51,505 nucleotides of DNA from Candidatus Fraserbacteria bacterium (GCA_947085185.1 CAMTVK010000009.1:1-51505); one strand, 5' to 3'. Shown: positions 27,370-37,944, counted from the stretch's first letter. The notes: a model not told the origin generated them from the letters alone. Translations and numbers: made by a program.

Positions 27370-28683
27370 ATGCGACTGGGGGCCATTGTTCTGCTAGGGA
27401 TTGTGTGGTGCGTAGGGATGGGGGTGCAGGGGCAAGCGGGGTTGCCGGATCTCACTCTTAAGACTCTTCGGATATCTCCCGGCGACCTTGAAGAGGGGCA
27501 GCCCTCGCTCGTGCGTGCAGTCATCGCCAATCAGGGCCAAGGGGATGCCCAAGGGTCTTTTGATATACTCTTCGAGCTTGATGGGCGTGAGTTCGCGACT
27601 CGCTCGCTGGGGGGGCTCAAGAAAGACCAAGCCATCGAAGTGCAAGTCCCCTGGAGGGCGGAGCTGGGCTCCCATACGCTGAAAGTCTCTGTAGACGCGC
27701 CCTTCAATGCGATCCGGGAATCGAACGAGTCCAATAATAAATTCTTTAAGAAATTCACAGTCTTGCCGATGGCGGGCGTTCGCTCGTTCAGTCTTGATCT
27801 TATCAAGCTCTTTGGGCGCACTCTCGATGAAGCCGGCGCGGCGCTCGATTTCAAACTCACCGATAATGTCTTCACGTCGTTGGGTAACGCCGTGCGGGCG
27901 ATCAACGACCTGGCTCTTGCTCTGCGCAACGTCTCCGTTGAGTTTCCCCTCGTGCGCGGCCTGGTGCCTCCCGCGCTCGCGACCGATCTTAAGATCTCTG
28001 ATGCTGAGGTGCTCGTAGCGCTCTTTGAGGCTATGGCCGAGTCGTGGGTGCGCATCGGCGGGATGCTGAGCATCGGGAATTTCGACGGGGTTTTGGAGAA
28101 CGCTTCGGTCTTAGCGCGCCAGCTTGTTGAGCTTTCGCACAAGAGCTTGGCCAGAGTGAGCTTCGCCCCGCTGGGGTCGGCTCTTGCTCGATTTGACAGG
28201 GTCATGGCGCTTGCGACGGAGCTGCGCAATCTGCTCAAAGGGGCTCAGGGACGATCGCAGTATGAGGTCGCGGTCGAGCTGTTCAATGCGTTCATAGCGT
28301 TTGGGGCTGAGCTCAGTCGGAGCGGGCGCATAATAATACAAGATGCCCAAAGGCGCTCGGCACGCTTCTCCAACGGCGATGAGCCGATCGACGGTGCGAT
28401 ACGCAGCACGAACCCCTTGGTCATCGAATGGCCTGGCATTATGTTCATGCGCATAGAACTGTATGAGCTGACGAGCGGGATGCTGCTCTTCCGCAGTGAA
28501 GAGCAGGGGCCATGGCTGGAGATGAGGGCGAACGGTTCTCTGGCGACCGGGATGTATGGCTATAAGCTGGTGGGCGTGACCAAGCAGGGGAGGAGTCTGG
28601 TCGAAGTCGGTCGGTTGCAGATCAAGCAAACGAGCACAACACCATTCAAGCATGACGCCCCTATGGGTATGTCTGGGCATTAG
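27370..28683 (+). CDS. Exported CARDB (Ig-like) domain protein
   Basis: Signal peptide; PDL...IANQG...IRESNESNN CARDB motif; helical middle; C-terminal beta domain. Confidence 0.75.
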   Translation: MRLGAIVLLGIVWCVGMGVQGQAGLPDLTLKTLRISPGDLEEGQPSLVRAVIANQGQGDAQGSFDILFELDGREFATRSLGGLKKDQAIEVQVPWRAELGSHTLKVSVDAPFNAIRESNESNNKFFKKFTVLPMAGVRSFSLDLIKLFGRTLDEAGAALDFKLTDNVFTSLGNAVRAINDLALALRNVSVEFPLVRGLVPPALATDLKISDAEVLVALFEAMAESWVRIGGMLSIGNFDGVLENASVLARQLVELSHKSLARVSFAPLGSALARFDRVMALATELRNLLKGAQGRSQYEVAVELFNAFIAFGAELSRSGRIIIQDAQRRSARFSNGDEPIDGAIRSTNPLVIEWPGIMFMRIELYELTSGMLLFRSEEQGPWLEMRANGSLATGMYGYKLVGVTKQGRSLVEVGRLQIKQTSTTPFKHDAPMGMSGH

Positions 28684-28924
28684 CTTCGTTTTAAGTCTTC
28701 AGAGCCCCGAGGCCATAGTGAGTGTGCGCTTGGAGGTCTTTGATCTTTCGGGGCAGCGGGTCTTCTCCAGCGGGCCGGTGCCGGGGGCTACGTATAAATG
28801 GTATTTGGAGCGCGATGACGGCCGTCCCGTGGCCAATGGGGTCTATCTCTATATTATTTTTGCGCGCACTGCTGAGGGTAAGGAGATCCGAAGTTCTGTG
28901 GGCAAGCTCTCCGTGCGGCGCTAG
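28652..28924 (+). CDS. Small FlgD-Ig / T9SS-CTD-like beta-sandwich protein
   Basis: VRLEVFDLSGQRV...W...GRPVANGVYLY...GKLSVRR. Confidence 0.65.
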   Translation: MTPLWVCLGISFVLSLQSPEAIVSVRLEVFDLSGQRVFSSGPVPGATYKWYLERDDGRPVANGVYLYIIFARTAEGKEIRSSVGKLSVRR

Positions 28925-28994
28925 GTCTTGACTTTCCCCACCAATCTTCTATAATCAAGACGACAAGCAGACCTCGACCGCTCAGAGGGGTGAG

Positions 28995-30068
28995 ATGGAC
29001 AAGTTCTCTGTAGAGCTTCAAGAGATTTCGAAGCGCTTCGGCCACACGACGGTGCTCGAGGGCGTGACGCTGCGCGTGCGCGCAGGAGAGTTCTTCTCGC
29101 TCTTAGGACCCAGCGGATGCGGCAAGACCACAACACTGCGCATCATCGCGGGGTTTGAATCCCCCGACAGCGGCGCAGTCTTCATCAACGGAATTCCTGC
29201 CACAACGACCCCTCCCCAAAAGCGCGATGTGAATTTAGTCTTTCAAAATTACGCGCTCTTCCCACATCTGACGGTCGAACAGAACGTGGCGTTTGGGTTG
29301 GAGATGCAGAAGCTGCCGCGCTCTGTCATCCGGGAGCGCGTCGGCAGGGCACTGGAGCTTGTGCGGCTGAGCGGGCTTGGCTCGCGCTTCCCGCATCAGC
29401 TCTCCGGGGGACAGCAGCAGCGAGTCGCGTTAGCTCGGGCCATCGTGACCGAGCCGTCGGTGTTGCTGCTTGACGAACCCTTGGGAGCCCTCGATCTGAA
29501 GCTCCGTCAGGAGATGCAACTGGAGCTCAAGAGGCTCCAGCGTGAGCTTGGGATCACGTTCATCTACGTGACTCACGACCAACAAGAAGCCCTCACCATG
29601 TCTGATCGCCTGGCGGTGATGCACTGGGGGAGAGTCTTGCAAGTGGGCACGCCCCAACAGATCTACGAGCACCCAGCGACGCGCTTCGTCGCGGAATTCA
29701 TCGGGGAGAGCAACTTCTTGGAGGGCCGAGTGGTGCACATGGCCGACAGGCGCGCGGTCGTCCAAATCGGGGCGCTCCAAACGGACATCGTGAGCGACTG
29801 TCCATTGCAGGTCAATCAGCCGATCACCCTGGTGCTGCGGCCGGAGCGGATTCAGCTCTGTGCCCCGTGCGAGCGAGATCGGGTGTGGACGGGGATCGTC
29901 GAGGAGCTCATCTATGCTGGGAGCCAGATGCGCTACCGGGTGCGCGTCTCTGCAGAGCTGGCGCTGACGGTGAGCGGGCCCAGTGCGAACGGCATCACGG
30001 CGGGGGAGCGCGTCGGCCTGACCTGGGATCCCCAGAGCCTCCGCCCCCTCTCAGAGCGCTCGGCATGA
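28995..30068 (+). CDS. potA: Spermidine/putrescine ABC transporter ATPase
   Basis: [27 protein letters not shown]-like C-terminus. Confidence 0.9.
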   Translation: MDKFSVELQEISKRFGHTTVLEGVTLRVRAGEFFSLLGPSGCGKTTTLRIIAGFESPDSGAVFINGIPATTTPPQKRDVNLVFQNYALFPHLTVEQNVAFGLEMQKLPRSVIRERVGRALELVRLSGLGSRFPHQLSGGQQQRVALARAIVTEPSVLLLDEPLGALDLKLRQEMQLELKRLQRELGITFIYVTHDQQEALTMSDRLAVMHWGRVLQVGTPQQIYEHPATRFVAEFIGESNFLEGRVVHMADRRAVVQIGALQTDIVSDCPLQVNQPITLVLRPERIQLCAPCERDRVWTGIVEELIYAGSQMRYRVRVSAELALTVSGPSANGITAGERVGLTWDPQSLRPLSERSA

Positions 30069-30901
30069 ACACGCGCACGAGAACGCTGCTGTGGCCTGGG
30101 CTGGTGTGGTTGCTGCTCTTCTTTGCTGTTCCCTTGGGGATTATTCTGGTGATCAGCCTCGGGCGCCGCACCCCCGATGGGGCGATTGTGTGGGGATTCA
30201 GCTTTGACAATTATCTTCGGGTGTTTGATCCCCTCTATTGGATAGGGCCTTGGTGGAATTCTCTGGGGTTAGCAACGCTCACGACGCTCTTCTGTCTTGT
30301 GCTGGGGTATCCCGTGGCGTACACGATAGCGCGGCGCTCCGCTGCCGTGAAGAATCTCTTGCTCTTTCTCGTGATCGTGCCGTTTCTTACAAACTTTCTT
30401 GTGCGTATCTACGCGTGGTTTATTCTGTTGCGGCCGGAGGGCTGGATAGCGTCGCTGCTGCGCTCGGTGGGGCTTGAGCTCGCACTGCTGGGATCGCCCG
30501 TGGGGGTGCTCATAGGACTGATCTACGGCTACTTGCCGTTTATGATCTTCCCCATCTATGCGACGTTAGAGCGTCTGGATTTTGCGCTCGTTGAGGCCGC
30601 GTACGATCTAGGGGCCACGCGCTGGCAGAGCTTCTGGCGGATCATCTTTCCCTTGAGTCGTCCCGGGGTGATCGCGGGGGCGGTGTTGGTCTTTGTTCCG
30701 GTGCTGGGGGAGTTTATCACGCCCAAGCTCCTGGGCGGTGGGAAAGTTCCCATGTTCGGAGTGCTCATCGAGGAGAAGTTTTTGGGCCGGGTGTCCGACT
30801 GGCCCCTGGGCGCGGCGATGGCCGTCGTCCTGATGGGCTTGGTCTTGCTCGTCTTGACTTGGTACTTCCGGCACTTAACACAGACGCGATGGGTCGGATA
30901 A
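30065..30901 (+). CDS. potB: Spermidine/putrescine ABC permease
   Basis: [20 protein letters not shown]; start at ATG 30065 overlapping the potA stop. Confidence 0.88.
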   Translation: MNTRTRTLLWPGLVWLLLFFAVPLGIILVISLGRRTPDGAIVWGFSFDNYLRVFDPLYWIGPWWNSLGLATLTTLFCLVLGYPVAYTIARRSAAVKNLLLFLVIVPFLTNFLVRIYAWFILLRPEGWIASLLRSVGLELALLGSPVGVLIGLIYGYLPFMIFPIYATLERLDFALVEAAYDLGATRWQSFWRIIFPLSRPGVIAGAVLVFVPVLGEFITPKLLGGGKVPMFGVLIEEKFLGRVSDWPLGAAMAVVLMGLVLLVLTWYFRHLTQTRWVG

Positions 30902-31698
30902 TTCTTGGGTGCGATGTGCTGATGACGTATATCTTTCTCTATCTTCCCATGGGCGTCTTGCTCGGGTACAGTTTTAGTGCGAGCCGCTATGCGCTCGTGT
31001 GGGGCGGGTTCTCCCTCGAGCCGTATAGGAGGCTCTTGGCCGACCCAGAGGTCGCTTCTGCGCTGGTTGGAAGCGTGATCGTCGCTTCGATCTCGACGGC
31101 CTTGGCGACGCTTTTGGGGACGTCGCTGGCGCTGGCGCTGGAGCGTGCGCGCGTGCGCTTTCAAGGGGGCCTCGAAGCGCTGGTCTATCTCCCCATCGTC
31201 ATTCCGGAGATCGTGATGGCTGTGGGAGTGCTGCTCTTCTTTGCGCAGGTGCTGCGGCCTTCGCTGAGCGCTCTTGGGATAGAGCTCGGGCCGCTGCCGT
31301 CCGTGATCATAGGGCATGTCACGTTCAGTATCTCCTACGTGATGGTCGTGGTGCGGGCGCGCCTGCGCGATCTTGACAGATCTCTTGAAGAGGCTGCGCT
31401 CGATCTGGGAGCGACTCCGTGGCAAGTGCTGCGCCGGGTGACGCTCCCGCTTTTGGCACCGGCGATTCTGAGCGGGGCGCTGTTAGCGTTTACTCTGTCG
31501 CTTGATGACTTTTATGTCACGTACTTTGTGACCACGGGGGGAAGCGGGTTCAAGACCCTCCCGTTGTATCTCTACGCCCTTGCGGGGCGAGCCGCCATCC
31601 CCCCACAGATGAACGCCGTCGCTACACTGATGATCTTGGCTTCATTGGTCCTCATTACTCTGGCGTTCCTCATCCAACGCCGCACACAGAGGGGGTAG
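30889..31698 (+). CDS. potC: Spermidine/putrescine ABC permease
   Basis: FLYLP, PEIV, EEAALDLGA, SLDDF. Confidence 0.88.
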   Translation: MGRIILGCDVLMTYIFLYLPMGVLLGYSFSASRYALVWGGFSLEPYRRLLADPEVASALVGSVIVASISTALATLLGTSLALALERARVRFQGGLEALVYLPIVIPEIVMAVGVLLFFAQVLRPSLSALGIELGPLPSVIIGHVTFSISYVMVVVRARLRDLDRSLEEAALDLGATPWQVLRRVTLPLLAPAILSGALLAFTLSLDDFYVTYFVTTGGSGFKTLPLYLYALAGRAAIPPQMNAVATLMILASLVLITLAFLIQRRTQRG

Positions 31699-31701
31699 AC
31701 A

Positions 31702-32757
31702 ATGTCACTCATTCGTGCTCTTGCTCTCGTGACGTTCGTCGTGCTCGGTCTTGTGGGGGTGGGGGCTTGTGGGAAGAGAGCTCCTCACGAGCTCCATCTC
31801 TTCATTTGGGCCAACTATATAGACCCCGAAGTCTATCAGCTCTTTGAGCGCGAGTTTGGGGTCAGAGTGATCGAAGAGAATTTCGACTCCAACGAGACCC
31901 TGCGCACGAAGCTCCAAGCCGGCGCGACCGGCTACGACGTCATCGTGCCCTCCGATTATACCGTCGAGATCTTGATTCGTCAGGGCTTGCTCACCAAGCT
32001 CGACTTGAGCAAGATCCCCAATTCCCAGAATATCTCAGGGAGATTTCGCGGGCTCTACTACGATCCGCACAACCAATACGCGCTTCCGTATCTGTGGGGC
32101 ACGACGGGTCTGGGATACAACGCCCAAAAGCTCGAGAGCCCCCCAACCAGTTGGGCAGAGGTCTTCGAGCTCTCCCGCTTAGCGCGATATAAAAATCGCG
32201 TGAGCATGCTCGACGACCCGCGCGAGACCATCGGCGCGGCTCTGAAATATCTCGGGTATTCTGTGAATAGCACCGACCCGCGCGCCCTCCAAGAAGCTTT
32301 AAGAGTTCTTCTTGCGCAAAAACCCTATCTGGCTCGCTACGACAGCGAAACCTATGATGACTTTCTTCTCACGGGGGATCTCGTCATAGCGCACGGCTGG
32401 AGCGGGGAGTTCGCCAAAGCTCGTCAAGAGAATCGGGACATTCGCTATGTCATCCCCCAGGAGGGCGGGGTGATCTGGGCCGATAATTTAGCGATCCCTA
32501 AGAGCTCCCAGAGAGTTGAGCTTGCCCATCAGTTCATAGATTTTCTGTTGCGCCCGCAGATCAACGCAAAGATTGTGAATTATGTACGCTATCCCACGAC
32601 GAACGAAGCGGCTCGGCCGTATATTCTGCCGGAGATCGTCAACGACCCGGCCATCTATCCCCCTGAAGAGATGGTAGAGAGACTCGAATGGATCAGGGAC
32701 GTGGGGGATGCGCTCGCGCTCTATGAAGCCGTCTGGGACGAGCTGAAAAACCGTTAG
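31702..32757 (+). CDS. potD: Spermidine/putrescine-binding lipoprotein
   Basis: Lipobox VGAC, WANYID, FDSNE, YDVIVPSDY, PYLWGTTG, WSG. Confidence 0.9.
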   Translation: MSLIRALALVTFVVLGLVGVGACGKRAPHELHLFIWANYIDPEVYQLFEREFGVRVIEENFDSNETLRTKLQAGATGYDVIVPSDYTVEILIRQGLLTKLDLSKIPNSQNISGRFRGLYYDPHNQYALPYLWGTTGLGYNAQKLESPPTSWAEVFELSRLARYKNRVSMLDDPRETIGAALKYLGYSVNSTDPRALQEALRVLLAQKPYLARYDSETYDDFLLTGDLVIAHGWSGEFAKARQENRDIRYVIPQEGGVIWADNLAIPKSSQRVELAHQFIDFLLRPQINAKIVNYVRYPTTNEAARPYILPEIVNDPAIYPPEEMVERLEWIRDVGDALALYEAVWDELKNR

Positions 32758-33482
32758 AAATCGGGCAAGGTTGACATAGCTGGACGATGCTCTTCCTTGG
32801 GGCAGTGTTTGAACCCCCCGTAGACCACAAATTGATAATACTTCCAGATCACATCAATGGAGGAGAATCCTGCGATCTCCAGCAGATGGAGCTGGGTTTT
32901 GAGGGTGGAGAGATTATCTCCGGTGCCGGAGTGCGTCTCGGCGTCAAGAGTTTTGAGATCGATCCCGCTGGCCGAGGCGTGCTCGCTGCGCACTTGCTCT
33001 TGCAAGAACGTATGTCGGCTCGACTCAAAGAGCACCACGTCGCCGTTGACGAACCAGCCATCGCGCTTGAGCACCGTATAGATTTTCTTAAAGAGTTCAA
33101 GTTTTTGCGGGTCCGTCAGGTGATGAATAGCTAATGTCGAGATGACGACGTCGCAGTCGCGTGGGAACGTCGAGACCGCAAAGTCCCCTTCAATGAGCTG
33201 CACCCGATTCCCAAAGCGCTTGAGCTTTTCCCGACAGACCGCGAGCATCCGAGGGGAGTAGTCCAACGCCGTGATACGAGCGTTGGGGTAGCGTTCACAG
33301 AGTTTCTTGGTGAGTTCTCCGGTGCCGCAGCCCAATTCTAAGATCTGTACATCTTCGGGCAGATCGGGAGGGATGCTGCGCAGCACGGCCTCGTGCAGCT
33401 CTTCATAACGCGGCACGATCAGCTTGATGTGCCTGTCAAACTGCGTGACGTCAGGGACGACCTCACCGGGCTTGATCTCCAT
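32754..33482 (-). CDS. Class I SAM-dependent methyltransferase
   Basis: ILELGCGTG, LDYSPRML, STLAIHHL. Confidence 0.88.
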   Translation of the reverse strand: MEIKPGEVVPDVTQFDRHIKLIVPRYEELHEAVLRSIPPDLPEDVQILELGCGTGELTKKLCERYPNARITALDYSPRMLAVCREKLKRFGNRVQLIEGDFAVSTFPRDCDVVISTLAIHHLTDPQKLELFKKIYTVLKRDGWFVNGDVVLFESSRHTFLQEQVRSEHASASGIDLKTLDAETHSGTGDNLSTLKTQLHLLEIAGFSSIDVIWKYYQFVVYGGFKHCPKEEHRPAMSTLPDF

Positions 33483-33488
33483 AGGGTC

Positions 33489-33812
33489 TTACAGATGCGG
33501 CTCTATTTTGCTTAAGAGCTTGCTCTTGCTCATATAGCCAATCACGCGCTCGATCTCCTTGCCGCCTTTGAAGATGAGCAAGGTGGGGATGGACTGAACC
33601 CCATACTGCATGGCCGTCTCTTGGTTCTGGTCTACATTGAGCTTGACGACCTTGAGCCTATCACTGAGCTCTGCCGCGATCTCTTCGATAATGGGAGCAA
33701 TAGCCCGACAGGGGCCGCACCAGTCTGCGTAAAAGTCTACCAAGACGGGCTGAGGCGACTGTAAGACTTCTTGAGCGAACGTCTCATCAGAGACATACGT
33801 GAGCTTGGACAT
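33489..33812 (-). CDS. trxA: Thioredoxin
   Basis: DFYADWCGPC, SIPTL. Confidence 0.96.
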   Translation of the reverse strand: MSKLTYVSDETFAQEVLQSPQPVLVDFYADWCGPCRAIAPIIEEIAAELSDRLKVVKLNVDQNQETAMQYGVQSIPTLLIFKGGKEIERVIGYMSKSKLLSKIEPHL

Positions 33813-33876
33813 CGCATCTGCTCCTTTCCACGAAAGGTCTTCTCAGTGTAGCTGGGAAATGAGACGCGTGCAACCG

Positions 33877-35796
33877 CTACGGCCGAGCCACCTGAACTGC
33901 TGCGGGCAACGGCCCCACCCGAAGTGCTAGAGCTAACGCGTGCACCTCCTCAGCCGACGCCGCAGCGTCCTCCCATTGAATATCGAAGACACTTCCCGAT
34001 TGTGCCAAAAGCTCCCTCATCGTCGCCCCCACCTCAAGAGTTCCATAGACGACCCCGTCGAGCACGATAGCCAATGTCTGATCTGTGGTCAGAACTTTGG
34101 CCAACTTCTGCACCGTACCAGCGCTCAGGCGCACGCGCACCATCGGCGGGGAAGCTTTGATCTCTTGGATCTCAAGCTTCTCTATGAGGGGGGCTTCAGC
34201 GACTATGTACGAGCGCCCTGCGCGGTCTTGGAGGGCTTGCTCCCCAAGCCCCGTCGCTTGAAGCTTCTCTCCAAGAGCTCCAACACGCAAGATACGCTTG
34301 AGCTCAAGCCGCCCTTGGACACTCACCAGTCGTGCGACCGCCTTCGCTTGGTCGGTGCGCGCCCAGATCACCATTTGCTCGTCACCCCCAGCAAGCACGA
34401 GACTCTCTAAGACCCCGTACTCTTTGAGACGCTTCTGAAAGATTTTCACTGTCTCGTCCAAAGCTTCAGATCTGACAGCGATCTGAAAGAACGTGTGTCC
34501 TGGGAGTTCGTTGGGCTTGAGCGCGATAATTTGGGAGACCGCGTAGCTGCGGTCAGCGAGAGTCCAGGCTGCCATCTGGGCCAGCCAAAGCTGAAGAATC
34601 TCTTCTTTGAGGGCCAGCACCAGCTCTGGGGCAGCTTCCGGGCCAAGAGCTTCGAGTTGCTTCTGCGCCACCCGTGCGATGTGCAGCTTCTGATTGGGGT
34701 CCTTGAGCTTGGCGTACTCGTGACGCGCTTCTTCTAAACGGCCGGCGCTCTCGTAAAGATAAAAGATCCTTAAGATCGGGTCGGCGATAGAGATCTGAGC
34801 GCGGGCTTTGAGCTCGTTATAAAACTTCTCGAAGCGCTTGGTGCGCTCGGCCTCGATATAGTCTTGTAAGACTTGATCTCGGATCTGGGCAAGCTCCGGG
34901 TGAGAAGCGGGCTTCTTCTCCTCGACTTTAATTAAGTGAAACCCGAACTGAGTTCGCACGGGATCGCTGATCTGACCGGGTTCGAGAGCAAACGCTGCGT
35001 CTTCGAACTCTTGGACCATCTGGCCGCGCCTGAAAAATCCCAGATCGCCGCCGTTGTGGGCACTGCCAGGGTCTTGGGAGTATTTTTTGGCAAGCTCTGC
35101 GAAGTCCGCCCCGTTCTCCAGCTCTTTTTTGATGTCTTCTATCTGTTTTTTGGCTTGGGCGATCTCGGTCTCGGAGGCGTTCTCAGGGACACGGATGAGA
35201 ATATGTCGGGCGTGCACTTCTTCTGGGGTGTCGTAGTCTTCGCGGTGCTCTTCTAAGTACGCCGCGAGCTCTTGATCGGTCGGTTCGATAGGGCCGACGA
35301 CACTCGCGCGCAGGCGCTCCGTTTGCATCGAGAATTCGAGGGCTTGGCGCAGGTCTCGCTTGAAGCTTTCGAGGGTGCGCCCTTGCTTGTGGAGGATTTG
35401 CGCCGCTTGTTCTTCGGTGAGGTTGTTCTGTTTCAAAATGCGCTCAAACTGAATTTCCGTCTGGTCGTCGATCTCTCTCTTGGGAATGGTGATCTGTCGG
35501 CGTTCGATCTCTTTGGCGATGAGGCGTCGTCGTACGAGTTCGTCAACGACGCGGCTTTGGAGCTGGAGTCGGCGTTCGATCCCTCCTGGCCCTTGCAAGA
35601 ATTTTGAGAAATCTTGGCCATACTGGGCGTAGACCCGTTGATACTGTGCGACCACGTTCTCATAGAGTTTTGCGAACTCTTTCTGTGAGATCTTTTGGCC
35701 TTCGAGGACGAGGGCAGGAGGCTCCAGCCCCTGCCACACGAAGACCAATCCCACGGCTATCACTCCCACAACGACCCACGTCATCCATGATGGCAT
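33877..35796 (-). CDS. Membrane-anchored SurA-N/parvulin (PpiC) foldase with C-terminal SecD P1-like domain
   Basis: N-terminal TM; VHARHILI, FAELAKKYSQD, GGDLG, FGFHLIKV; C-terminal LAIVLDG and EEVHALALALRVGPLPA. Confidence 0.85.
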   Translation of the reverse strand: MPSWMTWVVVGVIAVGLVFVWQGLEPPALVLEGQKISQKEFAKLYENVVAQYQRVYAQYGQDFSKFLQGPGGIERRLQLQSRVVDELVRRRLIAKEIERRQITIPKREIDDQTEIQFERILKQNNLTEEQAAQILHKQGRTLESFKRDLRQALEFSMQTERLRASVVGPIEPTDQELAAYLEEHREDYDTPEEVHARHILIRVPENASETEIAQAKKQIEDIKKELENGADFAELAKKYSQDPGSAHNGGDLGFFRRGQMVQEFEDAAFALEPGQISDPVRTQFGFHLIKVEEKKPASHPELAQIRDQVLQDYIEAERTKRFEKFYNELKARAQISIADPILRIFYLYESAGRLEEARHEYAKLKDPNQKLHIARVAQKQLEALGPEAAPELVLALKEEILQLWLAQMAAWTLADRSYAVSQIIALKPNELPGHTFFQIAVRSEALDETVKIFQKRLKEYGVLESLVLAGGDEQMVIWARTDQAKAVARLVSVQGRLELKRILRVGALGEKLQATGLGEQALQDRAGRSYIVAEAPLIEKLEIQEIKASPPMVRVRLSAGTVQKLAKVLTTDQTLAIVLDGVVYGTLEVGATMRELLAQSGSVFDIQWEDAAASAEEVHALALALRVGPLPAAVQVARP

Positions 35797-36052
35797 AAAA
35801 AAACCCCCTAAGTCTTCAAATTATAGTGCTGTTTCTTGGGGATGGCAACTTTCTCGTTCGAGCGCTTGACTAAAATCAGTTTTCGAGACGTCCCAGAAGG
35901 GCGTTCATAAGCTGGGGAAATAGCGATTCTGGAAGGAGCTCTGGAGACAGAGAGAGAGTTTGGGGAAGAGCCTTGGTCACTTTGGTCAGGGCTCTTCTTG
36001 TATAATTGTCTTCGGACTTGCGGGACCGACAGCGTAGCCGAAGGAGGAAGCA

Positions 36053-37882
36053 ATGATGCTCACAGTGTTGCGTCTTGGGTTTGTGGCAGCTCTTCTGTTG
36101 GGGCTGCTGAGTGGTATCAGCGGGGCAGAAGGCCAGCCCCCCTGCACGGTGACAGTTAAACCGGGTGAGTCCATTCAGAGTGCGATTGACGGGGCGAAAG
36201 AGGGCGCGGTCATCTGTCTTGGGGCGGGAACTTACGAAGAGAACATCACCATCAAGAAGGGGTTGACTCTGCGGGGCACAGGGGCAAAGCCAGAGGAGGT
36301 GTGGATCGTCGGGGTGAAAGAAAGATATCCGGTGATGCGCATCGAGAGAGAGGGGGAGATCGAGGTGCAGTTGGAGAACCTAACTGCTGCCGAGGCCAAG
36401 GGAGATGATGGCATTGAGGTGGTAGGCAAGGCCAAGGCTGTGATCCGCGATGTGCAGGTTTCCGGCAACTTGTATGGCCTCGATGTGGGTGACTCGGCCA
36501 CGGTGAGCCTTACCAACTCCCAGGTCTCCGACAACAGGGGGTGGGGCCTCTCTGTGTGGGACTCAGCCACGGTGAGCCTCACCAGCTCCCAGGTCTCCGG
36601 CAACGTGCATGGCCTCTGGGTGAGGGGCTCGGCCACGGTGACCCTCTCCAACTCCCAAGTCTCCGGCAACGAGTGGCCTGGCCTCGAGGTGGAGGACTCG
36701 GCCACGGTGAGCCTCACAAACTCCCAAGTCTCCGACAACGGGTTGTGGGGCCTCTTGGTGAGGGACTTGGCCATGGTGAGCCTCACCAACTCCCAAGTCT
36801 CCGACAACGGGTTGTGGGGCCTCTTGGTGAAGGACTTGGCCATGGTGAGCCTCACAAACTCCCAGGTCTCCGACAACGGGTATGGCCTCGTGGTGAGTGG
36901 CTCGGCCAGGGTGGAGATCAAGGAGAGCACCCTCCAAGACAATCGAGGCTGTGGCATCGAGGTCTTCTCCAAGGAGGCCCAAGTCCGTGGCACCCCCAAC
37001 AAGATGCGGGGCAATGGGGCCGACCTCTGCGGCTTCGCCCCTGCATCCTTGCGCCAGCCCTTGGCCCCACCAGATCCGCGACCGAAGCTGGTTGTGCCCA
37101 CTGACTACGCCACCATCCAGGAGGCCATTGATGCGATTCTCCCCGGCGGGACAGTTGAGGTAGCGGCAGGCAGCTATGAGGTAGGGCTGACCATCTGGAA
37201 GCCGGTGGTGCTGCTGGGAGCGGGGAGGGATCAGACGATCTTGGAGGCCCTGCCGGAGCGCGGGTTGGTTCTCTCGATCATTGCGGAGGCGCAAGGTGTG
37301 AGGATCGAGGGGTTCCAGGTGAAGGGCAGCAAGGGGGCTGGTCTCCTGATCTATGGGAGGGAGGTTACAATCCAAGGGGCCCTGATCTCCGGCAACGGGG
37401 ATGATGGCCTCTCTGTGAGTGGCTCGGCCAGGGTGAGCCTCACCGACTCCCAAGTCTCCGGCAACGGGTATGGCCTCTCTGTGAGTGGCTCGGCCGAGGT
37501 GAGCCTCACAAACTCCCAGGTCTCCGGCAACAGGTTGTGGGGCCTCTGGGTGTGGGGCTCGGCCACGGTGGAAGTGCGCTCCAGCACCATCGAGGGCAAC
37601 GGCACTGACCCTGAGTGCCAGAGGCTTGGCTACATCTGCAATGGCATCAGGGTAAGTGGTGAATCCCAGACGACGATCACGGATTCCAAGATCAGAAACA
37701 ACACCGACTGGGGCGTGGCCGCTTGGCTGAAGAAGTGCGGGTACTATTTTGATGAGTTCAGCGGCCGGGTGGTCTTCCAAGGCAGGAACGTCATCGAGGG
37801 CAACAACAAGTCGGGCAACCATGAAGGCAACCCAGGCTGGAGCGGGCCACCCTTGCCCGATGGGCAGGTCTGCTTGCCGTGA
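36053..37882 (+). CDS. Exported right-handed parallel beta-helix repeat protein (two beta-helix modules)
   Basis: Signal peptide; SIQSAID/TIQEAID caps; 22-23 aa repeats ATVSLTNSQVSxNxxGLxV; ends PDGQVCLP. Confidence 0.9.
   Translation: MMLTVLRLGFVAALLLGLLSGISGAEGQPPCTVTVKPGESIQSAIDGAKEGAVICLGAGTYEENITIKKGLTLRGTGAKPEEVWIVGVKERYPVMRIEREGEIEVQLENLTAAEAKGDDGIEVVGKAKAVIRDVQVSGNLYGLDVGDSATVSLTNSQVSDNRGWGLSVWDSATVSLTSSQVSGNVHGLWVRGSATVTLSNSQVSGNEWPGLEVEDSATVSLTNSQVSDNGLWGLLVRDLAMVSLTNSQVSDNGLWGLLVKDLAMVSLTNSQVSDNGYGLVVSGSARVEIKESTLQDNRGCGIEVFSKEAQVRGTPNKMRGNGADLCGFAPASLRQPLAPPDPRPKLVVPTDYATIQEAIDAILPGGTVEVAAGSYEVGLTIWKPVVLLGAGRDQTILEALPERGLVLSIIAEAQGVRIEGFQVKGSKGAGLLIYGREVTIQGALISGNGDDGLSVSGSARVSLTDSQVSGNGYGLSVSGSAEVSLTNSQVSGNRLWGLWVWGSATVEVRSSTIEGNGTDPECQRLGYICNGIRVSGESQTTITDSKIRNNTDWGVAAWLKKCGYYFDEFSGRVVFQGRNVIEGNNKSGNHEGNPGWSGPPLPDGQVCLP
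36455..36910 (+). repeat. Intragenic 66-69 bp tandem repeats
   Basis: About 6-7 units; 36707-36775 and 36776-36844 differ at only 2 nt; a second block lies at ~37370-37600. Confidence 0.9.
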
Positions 37883-37915
37883 GCCCCTCTGGTGTGGCTT
37901 AAGCAATCGTAGACT

Positions 37916-37944
37916 TTGACAATCGCTCTGCTTCGGTATAGTAT
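37916..37944 (+). promoter_or_regulatory. Sigma70-type promoter of the first TA module
   Basis: TTGACA-17 nt-TAGTAT. Confidence 0.55.

Noticed and set aside
36455..36910. CRISPR array
   Set aside because: The repeats are in-frame coding beta-helix coils with no unique spacers, and no cas genes are present
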